Shown piece by piece: positions 47,804 to 60,800 of a stretch of DNA of 64,000 bases. The notes below the pieces were generated by a model. It saw only the letters and a program-made list of their open reading frames with translations. It did not search any database and was not told the DNA's origin. Source of the stretch: Stylophora pistillata (lineage: Eukaryota); the NCBI RefSeq assembly GCF_002571385.2, contig NW_019217794.1:135972-199971 (forward strand), in the 5' to 3' direction. A program made the position numbers and the translations under genes. Position 1 is the first letter of the stretch. Each line of letters starts with the position of its first letter.

Positions 47804-48134
47804 AATGGCATTATTGAAATAGTGACGATATGTGACTCATAAGCCTCCTTATCTGGGCATAGCCAGACTATAGGGCTGTAACTTTGATAAATGGCGTTAT
47901 TGATAAATGTTATTTGATAAATGGCATTATTGAGATGGTGACGATATGTGACTCATAAGCCTCCTTATCTGGGCATAGCCAGACTATAGGGCTGTAACTT
48001 TGATAAATGGCGTTATTGATAAATGTTATTTGATAAATGGCATTATTGAGATGGTGACGATATGTGACTCATAAGCCTCCTTATATGGGCATAGCCAGAC
48101 TACAGGGCTGTAACTTTGATAAATGGCGTTATTG
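47804..48134. repeat. 116-bp tandem repeat, ~2.85 copies
   Basis: aatggcattattga at 47804, 47920 and 48036; the units are nearly identical. Confidence 0.95.
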
Positions 48135-49379
48135 GTGTTACTTGAAAAAAAAGTTTAACTTCATGCACTTCCACTGAAGTGGACATCTGAAGTGGTCGGA
48201 TCTATGATTATTTTGATCACTTCGGTGAATGATGGATCGTGTTGAGTTAACTTTGTATGATTAGCTGCATTAACTGTCCGATTAAAGGTGTCCGATCACA
48301 ACACTACAGAATAATAAGTGAAAAATAAATCAGCTAATGCACCAATCACATTTGAGGAGTTGTAATGGTTAAGATTGATAAATCAATCTGATTTATCTTG
48401 CATAAATATTCATTTGGGTCTCCTTTTCCTTCGCATAATACTTTAAGTTCCCTCTGAAAGGCCTTGCATAAACGTGATTGCCTTTCGTTTCAAAATCCTT
48501 TGGCGGCGAAATGAGTTAAACATTGCTCGACAACGTAGTTTTAATCGACGCAAAGAAGACTTTTCACTTTGGACCATTGTTGAATTGCTGTTGAAAGGTA
48601 AAGCTTTTGTTTTATTTCGAACGTTTTTTTTTTTTATCAATTGAGTGGAAGAAATGTTGTTTTCCTCTGTCGCCTTAATGTGTCTTGCGTCTTAATGAAT
48701 CAAATTTTATAATTTATAATTTCCTTTAAGTTTTGTTTTTTGTCAGTACTTTATTTTCTTAAGATGATAACCATGTTCTTGAGCTGGGTCAATCATTGAT
48801 AGTCCACTTTACAGTTGCGTAGTTAGTTGCAAATAATAATAGTGATAATGATGATTATAATAATAACAGTTTATTAGCACTTCTGGAAGTTAAAAACTGA
48901 ATAAACGGTGCAATTTACAAACTTAAGATACCAATAATTGAATTTATTTACAACGAGTATCATGATAATAATTGAAATCACAAGCACCTAAAAGTGAAAA
49001 AGTCATTTGGTCCCTCTGTCCGTCACGTTGTTGTAGTGGTTTTAGTATTTCGTGATTTTAACTGATATGAGATAGATCTTGTCATAACTTGCGGAGCTAA
49101 TTACAAGAAGGATATAAGGTGGCTCTCATTCCTCATCTCCGTCCGCTGTCAACTTTTTACATATGAATGTCCTGCGTTCTACTAACAATGTCAAATTTGC
49201 TTGAGCAAGGGTGACTTTCTTATGATATAAACGTTGCAGCGTTTCAAATGAAGATGAGTTAAACCGGAAAAAACTATCAAGTAATGATAAAATCATTTTC
49301 AGATAAATGGCAAAAGGTTCATAACTCTTAGTTTCAAAAGCTGAGGGAGAAGAAGATGGAGAGTAGGAAGTCTTCTTGT

Positions 49380-49700
49380 TCGCAGTGCCCGCTGGCAAGA
49401 TGAAGCGATTCCTGTGTTCTGATTGGCTACCCAGGCGGGCAAGATGGGCCCATCTTGCCCACTTGGGATTGTCCGCATTAATCCAGCGCATGAAAAAAAT
49501 AGAATTAGAACTACATTCATTACTCTTGAAGAATAAATCCTTAATGAGCCAAGGTTGTTTGGTAAATATGGCTAGATATTAGCCTGTTTTTTTTTTGCAT
49601 TTTCATGGAACTCGACTTCGTCTCGGTCTATAAATGCAAAAAAGAAGTCGGCCGATATCCAGCCACCTTGACCTCACGCTTGGTTAATAACGCATTTATA
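49380..49700. repeat. Common interspersed repeat (ggcaagatgaagcgattcctgtgttctgattggctaccc family)
   Basis: Recognised from memory; internal palindrome gggcaagatgggcccatcttgccc. Confidence 0.5.
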
Positions 49701-50609
49701 GAACACTCAAACTCCGTAGCCAAAGAAGAGGAAGTAAAACATAGTTCCGTTCTTCATTCGAAAACAAAAACGGTTCTAAAAAATTATGTTTTCGTTGTAT
49801 TTGTATTTTTTTCTTTTAGTCAGGATTCATTTCATAGACGGTCGATTGAATTTTTAACTTTCGTCTCTAAAAGCCATATGGTAAAAGTAGCATTTGAAAA
49901 GTAGTTTATCCGTAAACGAATAGAACGTAAACCTTCCTGGACATTTTCAGCCCTTTTCCTTGATTGTTTGACAATCATTTTCTAATTAGCTTTTAAATTT
50001 AGCNNNNNNNNNNNNNNNNNNNNNTTCGTTTATGACTCTTTGAGAACAGTGGTTGATTTTTGTTTTCATAAACATCAAGATCGTCGCTGAAAAATGTCGT
50101 TTGAGATCAGGAGAGTGAACACAAATCTTGCCGTCTGGAAAATCAGATGCCATCTTCATAGTACATAAAACCTTTAGTGGCGTTCAGTCATTCACTCTCG
50201 AAGAATTCAAAATTCATCTCGGTTTTTGTTTTTTGTATGTTCTTTTTCCCAGGGAATGAAAAACTTTGTCAATATGGCTACACGGGTGACAAAGTCTGTG
50301 ACTTTGTCACGAAAAGTTCAACACATTGAATTTCACGCGATTTTTTTCAGCGATGTAGTAGCTGTCGCCATCGCAGCACTCGCGCGAGGGTGGCTACACG
50401 GGTTATTTGCACTGCGCACTGGCGACGCGACAAGTTTAGAAAAAATCGCATCACCATCGCAAGCAAAAAATCGCTCTTGTAGCTGCGGCTTAACATTGGG
50501 GGATCTGGAACCGGGCCAAATGTCAATTTTACCGAATGAGTTTAATTCACACAAGTTTCATTCTTGACCATTCACACTGATTCAAATTTCATTTTATTTC
50601 ATCACTCTT

Positions 50610-50703
50610 TGTCAGTCTCAGTTGCGACATTCTGTGTCTTGACCGACCCTTCCTGAGTAGCAAGTGACCTTGAACGAAAAGTAACTCCCTCCTCCTCCCC
50701 AGG
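50610..50703 (+). promoter_or_regulatory. Probable non-coding first exon / TSS of the ABCC gene
   Basis: TCAGTT initiator-like motif near 50618 and donor cagg|GTAAGA at 50704. The ATG exon has an acceptor tgttag at 51155. Confidence 0.45.
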
Positions 50704-51172
50704 GTAAGATTTGACATAAACGCGCCCTCGCCAAATATTCAAATTTCGCGCTTGTGCAGTAATCGGCTATGTTCGAATTAACCTCGTAAATTTCGCTATT
50801 GTAATGGTAGCGAGTTTGAATTTCCCTCGTGAATTAATAAGTCATTGTTTGGCTCTAAAGCTATTCTTTCAAAATATCCTTTTATGGCCATATTTGAGAC
50901 ACTAAACAAAGGGTATTGTCTTTGAATTTGATCAGGTTTTCTTGATACGGGGAATCGATTTTTTTTGTAGTGAAATTCTGATGTTAGCGAGGAGGGTATG
51001 GTTTACAAAGAGAGGTGCGGTTCACTTAAAAAAAGTTTTGTCTCTACTACAATGAACAGCGAACAACGACAGAAAAAGTTAGCTTGTAATTTAACCGTAG
51101 AAATCTTAGATCTTTAGGGAACGTAATTGGTGTCTTGTTTGTTTGCTATTGTTAGTTCGAGTGTCTGAAAAT

Positions 51173-51706
51173 ATGGGAAGTCATCGATATGAGAAACTCT
51201 ACACCAGTGAAGCTGAGGAACCAAGAGAGTCGTTTTCGTCTCTCCTCTTCTTTCATCAGATGAGTGATGTTTTCAAGACAGGCAGTGAGCGAACTTTAGA
51301 CGAGAAGGACTTTTTACCTCTTTCTGAAGAACACACCTCTTTGTCAAACACCAAAAAGCTTCAAAAGAAATGGAACGATGAAATTGCGAAGAGCCAAGAA
51401 AGTGGTAGAAGACCGAAACTTTGGAAAAGCGTTTTAAAAACTATTTCTGCTCGTGAAGTGGCGATCATTATTTTTGCAGAGGCGTTAAATTTTCTGGACC
51501 GTATGATTCAACCTCTACTTCTTGCATATCTGGTCTCAGCATTGAGCTCAGATGATCGCCGCCACACTCTTATTACGTACGGAGTTGCTGTAGCTATGGG
51601 CGTTAGTCCTTTGATTGGTGCCTTTGGTTTCCATCATCGAGCATATTGCAGCGAACTGTTCGGAATAAAAGTCAGAAGCGCTCTAAAAGGTCTTGTTTAC
51701 ATCAAG
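51173..51706 (+). CDS. ABCC4: ABCC4-like coding exon 1
   Basis: MGSHRYEKL...ALKGLVYIK|gtaggc. Confidence 0.9.
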
Positions 51707-54700
51707 GTAGGCACTTGACGGGAGTCATTTCTCGATGCACGTGTTTTCTTAAGTGATGAAAAGTAACAATAGTGTAATTAAACCAGATGTGGAAATCTAT
51801 ATGTCATATGAATCACGCGCTCGTACTTCAAGGATGTATGATAGAATAACCACCACCTGTAACAGGCAGATAGGTAGAGAGTGGTAGCCGCGACAAGTAA
51901 GCGTGGAGTTAGAAGAAGGAATTACAACCCTTGTACTCTCTTAGGGCTGAAAAATACAGTTTAAGGTAAATTCTTCCCAGCTTTGATTGTAGAAAGCTTT
52001 CTTCTTCTTGATAATCATAGATACTAATCTAATTGCTGGCTCGTAATTGCTTAAATTTCAGACTCTCCTTCTTAGCAAGGATACCTTGGTAAACGTTTCA
52101 AGTGGTCGGGTGATCGACTTAATATCAAACGATGTTCAGAGGATGGTGGAGGCAGCCTTTTGGTTTTTTCCCTTGACGTATGTGTGGCTGGATATCTTCT
52201 TGGCTTCATTTATCCTTGTGTTCTTTATTGGTTGGCAGGCTGTCATGGGACTGATTTTTTTATGTGTTCTTGTGCCATATTACGCCGAACTTTCCAGTAT
52301 GAACGCTTTAATGTGCCAGAGAGCCGCAGCAGAGACTGATCAGAGACTTTCCTTGATAACTGAAGTGGTTTCTGGGATCCGTGCTATCAAGGCGTATGCG
52401 TGGGAAAGTGGTTATCGCGAGAAAATACGTACCAAAAGGAGGTAAGGGAAATGATTTTCGATAAAATCATAAATAAAATTGCTTGAGACTTTCTTAGTTC
52501 CAACGACATTCTAAATATAGATATTCACTACGGCTGGAGTGAAAAAAATTTGAGTTTTGGAAATTTTCTTCAGCACATCTTTGACCTACACTGGACCCCA
52601 AAAGTATATCACTGAGGGTTGATCGTCAACACTGACCAACTTTCAATCCTCGATGCATCACATTTTTAACAACATTACAACAACCCTCTTCGGCCACCAA
52701 CCATCGAAAATCCCCCTTTTCTTAATTTGTGGCCCTCGCGGTCGAAACGTTCGAAAATAGTTATGACGCTAGATTAGGCAAGGTTTCTTTGACTCAACCG
52801 CTGGGCGTTTCTTTTCTCGACAAACATCTTTAGTGACGTTCCTGTATCAGCTCATTCCGATCAGATATCGTTTACCAATCAAAAACTTCGAGTCCGGCTG
52901 GTATATTGAAAGATTCATTTTCCTTTATATCCGTCAATCATTTGTACCAACAGGGAGCATACTTATACGTTTTACTCTACAGAAAAGAAATCGGCATCAT
53001 CCGTAGGAACACTTCTGTCCTGTCCTGTATTGCTACGCTGGAGTACACTTCTGCACCAATAGCGACCCTGCTGTCTGTCATCTTTTTGATGCTAACTGGT
53101 CAGCCCCTCACGCCCAGCAGTGTCTTCCTGATCCTTTCTTACGTTAACATCCTCAAGCGTAGCGTCTGCTCTGAGTTAGCCCAGGGTTTCTTGAAAACAT
53201 ATGAAGCGTACGTCTCCCTCAGTAGGATAGAAGACTACCTTCTTTTAGAGAACCTGCCTTTGACTGCTTCTTACCGGTTGACCGAGAAGAAAGGGTATGC
53301 AGAAGGAAGCCCAGAAATTCTAGAGAACCCGCAGAATAATTTAGTGGATTTTACAGAAGCCACGTATGATGAAAATATTAATTACCAAAATGACCGTGAA
53401 ACACAGGAAAATTTGCATGTGTCGAGTTTAACGCATAAACAAACGAAAAGGAAGGACTTATTCATCTTACAAGATGTGGAGTTCGACACTGTCTCAAAGA
53501 GTTTCACAGCGGTCACTGGACCAATTGGCTGCGGAAAATCTACCCTTCTCTCGGCAATTGCTGGCGAGTTGTCAAATGTGAGTGGAACAATTTCATTTAG
53601 TGGAACGTTTGTTTATGTACCCCAGACAGCTTGGGTTTTCTCTGGAACTGTTCGTGAAAACATTCTCTTCGGCCAGTCATACGATGAAATCAGGTACGCA
53701 AGGACAACTTAAGTTTGCGCCCTGGCTGAAGACATTCGGAAGTTTCCAAACGGGGATCAAACATATGTTGGTGAGCGCGGTGTCACCCTAAGTGGAGGTC
53801 AGCGTGCAAGAATTAGTTTGGCACGGGCAGTATACTTAGATGTAGATTTGTATTTGTTAGACGATCCGCTAAGTTCAGTGGATTTGAAAGTCAGCCAACA
53901 TATCATGAAAAATTGCATCAAGGGACTGCTAGGCAACAAAACGCGATTGATAGCTGCTCATCAAGAGGAACACTTGAGAGAAGCCGACCAAGTGATTGCC
54001 CTGTGCCGAGGTCGAGTTCTCGGAAAGGGAAAGTTTTCGGAGCTTCAAGAAAGATGTATTGTAAACGGCAGCAATGGAACTGTGTTTCACAAGGTTCCGA
54101 AAGAAATGAAGTCAATGAGCGGTAACATGGAAAATATTACAAAAGGAGATGATGGAGTGGCACAACCAGCCGGCGAGGGAAAGAACTTAGATATTTCTGA
54201 AGAGGATCGAAACAGTGGAAATGTTTCATGCAACCTATACTGGAACTACTTTAGAAGCGGGATTAGTACCTTATCGATTATTGCAACGATTTGTTTCTTT
54301 ATCATTGCCCAAGGTAAGCCAGTTCAGTCAGTTTTGTCTTCCAGAGAGGCAAGTTTATGTTTATTGAAGAGTGCAGCTTTACACCTATTTATCCTTTAGG
54401 GCAAAACATGTATTTTGATTCCGTGAGTATTGATCGATACTTGATTTCTCAGAATATTTCTTTACGTCAATGCAGTGTGTACTGCATGAAAATTATTTGC
54501 GTTGGCTTTCACTGATTCTCCCCTATTTAACTTCCTGCGATGAAAGTACTTGAAATGAAATCAAATGAGATTTGTTGAGTTATTGAATCACTATTTTCTT
54601 TTCAGGAATTCTTGAGGCTCCTAATGTGTGGCTAGCGTTTTTGGTGAAGAAACCACCAGAAGAGCAGAGACACCAAGGCACACTTATCATTTATGGTTGC

Positions 54701-57700
54701 TTAATTTGTGCATCAGTCATTTTTGTCTACATAAGAGCAGCTGTGTTCTTGTTGGTGAGCTTGAGATGTTCTGAAAGACTGCATGACAAAATGGTGGTAG
54801 CTGTTCTTCAAGCACCTGTGTTGTTCTTTGACTCGAATCCCGAGGGTAGAGTTCTCAACAGATTCTCCATGGACATTGGTTGCATAGACGAAATACTGCC
54901 TCCAAAGTTTCTTCTCTCAATACAACTATCGTTGCTTCTTTTGACCACATTCATCTTACCAACTGTCGTAAATCCCTGGCTTCTGATTGTCTTTCTCCCG
55001 GTTGTTATCCTGGTCGGTTTTATCACGAAATACTACCTAAAGACGTCCAGAGAACTGAAAAGACTAGAGGTAGCATGTCGTAGTCCAGTCCTGTCTCATT
55101 TAGCGGAAACTATGAATGGTCTGGATACTATTCGAACAAGAAGGAGGCAGAGAGCTTTCGAGGATAAGTTTTACAGGTACATGCTTAATATTTTTCCGTT
55201 ACATGTTTTAGATTAACATCTTTCAGATATACATGTAAATCTTGTCCAGCAATGCAATAATATCGTGCCCAAGTTTGGGGTAGGATCCGCGTGCGGCGAC
55301 GTTTCCCATCAAAAGGAAAAAAAAAACAAATGAACAAAGACAAACATTTAATAAAAGTAGGATAAACAGAAAAACAAACCGAAAAAAATTGATAACTAAA
55401 AGAGACAAAAACCAGAGGCCGATAATTCCACCTGCAAAAATGACGCTTCGTGGGTGCAGATAAGCAAAATTACCTCAATTAGTCGATTCAAATTATTAAT
55501 AAGATAAATTGTACTCCGGTAAAGTTTGATTTTTTTTGTTTTGCTTCTACTTTTCGTTTTTGTTTTCTAGAGCTTCTCCAAATTCATATTCTGCGCACAT
55601 CATCTCAAAGGTCTTTTGAATCAACATTGTCAAGCTGAATAGGATTATTGGACACACTAAAATTTGATTCACACACGAAAAAGTCGATTTGCACAGAACT
55701 GTGTGTACATTAGGGACAGGGCGATATTGTCATTATTATCATTATTTTCATCACTTTAATTTTTATCATAATTAACGCATTCATAAGTATGACTAGAATC
55801 TAACTTATAAGCCATTGAAATGGTTTGCTGCTAGGGGTTAACTTCATTACAATTATTGTTTTTCTCCAAAGACATCAAGACCTCCACAATCAGGGAAATG
55901 TCATGCTTAAACAAGGTGCGAGGTGGCTTGCTGTTCGCCTGAATCTTCTGTCCTGCCTATTGGTGATTGCAGTTGCTATAGCGTCAATATTGATGTCACA
56001 GGACGCTGGTGAGTAAAAATTGATCCTTTTTGTCTGGCATGAACTAGGCATCAAACTGGGCTCACGTTCTATAATTATCTTCAATCACGACGCTCCACAT
56101 TGTATAGACGGCCTTCTTTGATAAAAGTTTTGAAGAAAAATTGATAATATCTCCCGGATAACTAGCTAGTTAAATGTTTGCCTTTGATATGAGAAAATGA
56201 GAGGCGTAAACTGAAAAACGACGAGAGAACAACAAAAATAGCTACAACTGCAAAAACTGCAAAAACAGCAACAACAGCCGCAACAACAACAACAACAACA
56301 ACAACAAAGGTATCCAGATTTGATCTAAAGGTGCACCTTAGCACCTCACAGGCTAATCTCGTTTTATTAGCTTATGGACGCAGGCGGCTGGCAGTCATAA
56401 TGAACATATAATGATAGTTAATCCATGTCTCAGATCTTTACTGCAATTATTCTTCAAACTCGCACATAATTTTGATTGCTGAATGTATTAAATTCAATCC
56501 AAATGAAAATTGCAAGAAGTTGTATGGAGACAGGTCCATTATCAAAACAGTTGTGTTTGGGTCAAGAGGCTTTGCGAGTACAGATATAGGTTTTCTTGAT
56601 CTAATAGTGATAATATTAAAAATCCTCCCTATTTGGTGAGATAACTTCGGACAGCTAATAGCAATTTTTCGCAAGAACGACACAATATGACGCCCGGTGG
56701 CTTAAGTCAGTTGTCCTCATAATACTCTGGGTTTTTAACTAAAGTAGTTTCTTTTTGGCCCGATTTTCCTCTCCATTTTTGGAAATGTTCTGCAAAATAA
56801 GATTCTTAGCTATAAATCTCAAAGCTCTTCAGTCATTTCACGCTATTATGCATAGTATAACACCACTAACTAAAAGCTTTAAGAAGGGAAAGCTTATCCC
56901 TTCATAAGGATGAAAATGTACTAGTTTGAGAATCAATTTCAAAATAGAAAGGTGTTTTTTTCTGGGGAGATTCATAAGTCGTTTCTTTTTGGCCTCTTAG
57001 CTTTTGCAGGTCTATCACTGGCTTACATCATCCAGGCTGTTGTCTTAACTCAAATTACCGTCAGAGAATTAGCAGATGTGGAGACTTTTATGACGTCAGT
57101 CGAACAAATCATGGCATATACCAAGCTAGATCCTGAACCTGGGTACAAACAGGAACAACTTCCACCGGCGCATTGGCCAAACGAAGGAAACATCACGCTC
57201 CAAGACTTTTCACTGACTTACTATCCTGGAGGTCCTCAAGTACTGAAGGGCATCAATGTGTCTATCAAAGGAGGTACAAAGATCGGTGTAGCGGGTCGTA
57301 CAGGAGCTGGAAAATCATCAATTGTAGCAGGCCTTATGCGCATGCCTGACCCAGAGGGACAAGTGATCGTTGATGGCATTGCATTGAGAGATCTCAACAT
57401 ACAAGCAGCTCGAAGATTCATATCTGTCCTTGGCCAAAGCCCCGTCATCTTTGGTGGCCCTTTGCGGAAAAATCTTGATTTCGAAGAGCGATTCGAAGAT
57501 GCTGATCTGTGGCGTGTGCTAGAGGATGTCCAGCTGAGAGACTTCGTAGAGAAACTCGATGGACAGCTAAATTATGAGTTGTTAGAACAAGGGTCAAATA
57601 TTAGTGTCGGAGAACGGCAACTGATTTGTTTGGCCCGTGTTCTGCTGCAAGAAAATCAGATCGTCATCTTGGACGAGCCTACTGCGAACGTGGATCCAGA

Positions 57701-57872
57701 TACAGAACAAACCATCTGGCAGGTAGTGCGCAAGATGCTGAAGAATTCCACAGTCATCATTATTGCACATCGTCTGCACACTATCCAGGACTGTGACAAG
57801 ATTCTTGTTTTCCACAATGGTGATGTCTCCGAATATGACAGTTTGGATGAGGCCAGCGAGCACCTTATATGA
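51173..57872 (+). CDS. ABCC4: ABCC4/MRP4-like full ABC transporter (no TMD0), 1274 codons, with one in-frame TAA at codon 548 (null allele, young pseudogene or base-call error)
   Basis: Six phase-consistent exons 51173-51706, 52062-52441, 52983-54313, 54606-55176, 55872-56008, 57001-57872. NBD1: GPIGCGKS / LSGGQ / LYLLDD. NBD2: GRTGAGKS / ISVGERQ / IVILDE / IAHRL. Confidence 0.93.
52062..52441 (+). CDS. ABCC4: ABCC4-like coding exon 2
   Basis: TLLLSK...SGRVIDLISNDVQR...GIRAIKAYAWE. Confidence 0.92.
52983..54313 (+). CDS. ABCC4: ABCC4-like coding exon 3 (NBD1; TAA at 53710-53712)
   Basis: The same frame continues through the stop: [43 protein letters not shown]. Confidence 0.9.
54606..55176 (+). 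CDS. ABCC4: ABCC4-like coding exon 4 (TMD2)
   Basis: FFDSNPEGRVLNRFSMDIG...TSRELKRLE..RSPV. Confidence 0.93.
55872..56008 (+). CDS. ABCC4: ABCC4-like coding exon 5
   Basis: HQDLHNQ...RWLAVRLNLL...SQDA|gtgagt. Confidence 0.9.
56225..56307. repeat. (CAA)n-rich microsatellite in ABCC intron
   Basis: caa/cag triplet run. Confidence 0.85.
57001..57872 (+). CDS. ABCC4: ABCC4-like coding exon 6 (NBD2)
   Basis: FAGLSLAY...GRTGAGKSS...ILDEPTANVD...IAHRL...EHLI*. Confidence 0.94.
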
Positions 57873-60800
57873 AATTTACCAATATTTGAACAATAGCCTC
57901 TATTTGGCACATAAACATGCACGACTATTTGGCCTTGGATATTATCTGCTCCTAGATGCGAACAGCCTTCCTAGAGCTTCGCTCTTGTAAAACTGTTGGT
58001 ATCTCGTAATAAATAATGCCAAGGACAAATAAACGAGCATATTTTCGTGCAGAATGGAGGCTATCGTATTTATTATTATTATTATTAATAAAACAGAAAT
58101 ATTTTTCTCAGCGATATTCTCTCGACAACAGAAAAATTGTTCAGAAAGACGAAAACACCACGGGCCTTTCGTGCGACTGAACAATCGAAAACTTTTTAGA
58201 TACAACTTTCGAGTTAAACGAGCTATCAATACTTCTTTTGATACTTATTTCTTTCCCCATATTTAATAGAATCGCATAATTGAAGAAACTCTCGCGTTCT
58301 GACTGGTTAACGAAGAGAGGTATTTAGCGCGGAATATGAGTTGAAAACGAGGCTCAGTGATATTGTCTCGCATCACTTGTTTCGCGTTCAGGATAAAAAC
58401 CAACAATATAATTGCCGTTTTCTCTTTTTCCTATTTTTTTCCCGTTAGTTATGCGACTCAAGGAAAATTAATTACCTGACTCGTGAACTCCCTCTAGAGG
58501 TAATAAATTTTTCTGTATAATTTAATAAGTAATCTGCGAGTCTTAGTTTCGGCCCCTTGGGGGACTCCTTGTAAAAGCCTTCTGGTTTCTGCCAGCCTCC
58601 CAGCTAATGTGATTTAAAATGTATCATTTATTTCGATCCGTATCATACAACTTAATATTTTCCCTCTATACATTCTTTTTTAGCTTATGTACTAGTTTTG
58701 TACAGTATTGTTAATTCTCCGACTTATTATCTTCTTGCTCCCGTAATTTTAGGAGTCAAGTCACGCTTTACGTGCAATAATCAATTAATGCTACTTGCAT
58801 GCTACTTGCATGCGTAGCAAAACGGGTCTCAATCGACTCACGAGAAATCTTTTTACGATGGCTGATTCACATTATTAACTCGGGTGGTAAAACCAGATTA
58901 TCCTGTAATACCCCCACCGACACAGCACCACAGTTTCTCAAGAAATTTGCTTCCTTTCTTCATTAATGAAAGGGTCTTTTTTCTAAACTTAAACATAAAT
59001 GATTTCGTGTTCATCCCTGCATGATTCCGAAAAAGTTAACAATAAAAAGAAAACTATCTCGCTTAAAACGAAACCTATGCATAAATGCCACAGTTATTAT
59101 ACGATCACTAGTTCTCAAGAGACTACTTATAATGAAAAACGCACTCCAACGATCTAAACAAATTGAAACCAAATGAGGAGTCCTTAGTCGTCTTGAACAA
59201 GCAAAGTGTAATATTCTATCCAGGGTATTGTTATTAAAGACATGATAATAAGGTCTGGAGAATCGCTCTGGTCTGGGACAAGCCCAAGAGCAGACGAAGA
59301 TAGGAGCTGAGAGGATAAATCCCGACTTACTGGATTGGGAGGGAGGGGGGGTTGCCAAGCTCTGCAGTTTTGCGGCCTCGAGTAGAGTGATGGAAAGGAG
59401 CACTTGTAACCTCTATTCTAGTCACATATGCATAATCCCTAGGGTATTAATCACCGATGCAAATCGAGCTTGCGTAGTAGCCCCATTTTCTGATAGACGG
59501 CCACGCTAGGTCACAGTAATGAGTGCTCCAAAAAGCCCCAGAGATATAGTACCTAAGAGCCCCGCCGGCATTCCATTTAACAGGACCGTCCTGGATTTGT
59601 CCTTGAATATGGTTGGGTAACAAAAATTGATGATAACGATGCAAAATATTTTTCCTAGCTTGCGTAGGTAAAGTTATGTGTTCATCTTGAGGCATCTAGT
59701 AGCGAGGCTGCAAGAGGATTTGGACCCAGAAGTGGGTCCCTTGCTCATTTTCGTAGCTTTCACGCCAATTTTTGTTTTTTGTTTGTACTTTTGATTTTCT
59801 TTGGTTTGCTTGTTTATTTATTAATTGTTGTTCATCTTGCGCTCACTAAAACACTAACGACGCAGGCTAGTAACTCAAATTTTAACATCTAAACTTTATC
59901 TTGTTCATCGGTCATTTTGATTGGTCCAACGTACATTTCAGTGCCATATTCGTCTTGGATACTCCACTTTCCCCTAATTTACAGCAAGATTTTCCGCCTT
60001 TCCTTTTCAATTTATTAAGAAGGCCAAGAAGTGTTGTTGCAAAAAAACTTATGTAAATATTAAGAGAACTTAAGTTCGAGTTCTGCATCTTTCTATCGCA
60101 ATCTGAAAAACACGTGGTATGCTCAATACGAAAATTTGAAAGTTCGAGACTTTCATAGAAGGTCTCAATAGAGTGATAGCTTTTACGGCCAACGATAAAC
60201 ATCTTGGCCATTTTATCGCTAACGGTTAATTCAAAATGACACATCGTAGAAGAAAAGAAAATTTACTGTTAACTTTTTTAAGACTGACAGTCGGAAATTT
60301 TTTAATTATCACAAATAATGGCTCATGGGACACTTTCTTATTCATACCAAACGAATGCAGAAAGGGATCAATAGCGTACCACGCAATAATATTACCCCAT
60401 TTCTTATTTTTTTTTACAATTCCTCTCTCTTCTTTGAAGAATGAAGAAAACAACTGGATGAAAAGAAAAAAATTCAAATATCCTATACGATATGTGTTTC
60501 TAAAATTAGATAGGATGCTGTTTTGAATATATATTCTTGTGGGAGTCTGCTTAATCACTACCCGAATGATTGGTTTGGTGAAGCAGAGGTTTCCGGCCTT
60601 TGTCGATTGTTCAGTCGGGTGTTGCATCATTTACCACATTGATTAATGTGGATGTATCAAGGACGGCTGGGTGCTTTTGCCAACTGTACCTTTTCAGTGT
60701 GAAGATTGGAAACCCAGATCCGAACCAAATAGTTCTACCCATGGTATGTTGAATAGAGTGAACATCAACCTTTTGTTTTTAACATAGAGCAACGTTCGAG

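Noticed and set aside
47804-48134. CRISPR-like array
   Set aside because: Whole units are identical with no unique spacers, the context is eukaryotic and there are no cas genes.
53710-53712. Selenocysteine or programmed readthrough in ABCC
   Set aside because: The codon is TAA, not TGA, and the context is not a known leaky one; simple nonsense mutation or error is more parsimonious.
59011-59695. GC-richer stretch with 130-aa and 82-aa minus-strand ORFs
   Set aside because: No motif I can recognise; possibly a decayed retroelement, but not supportable without a search.
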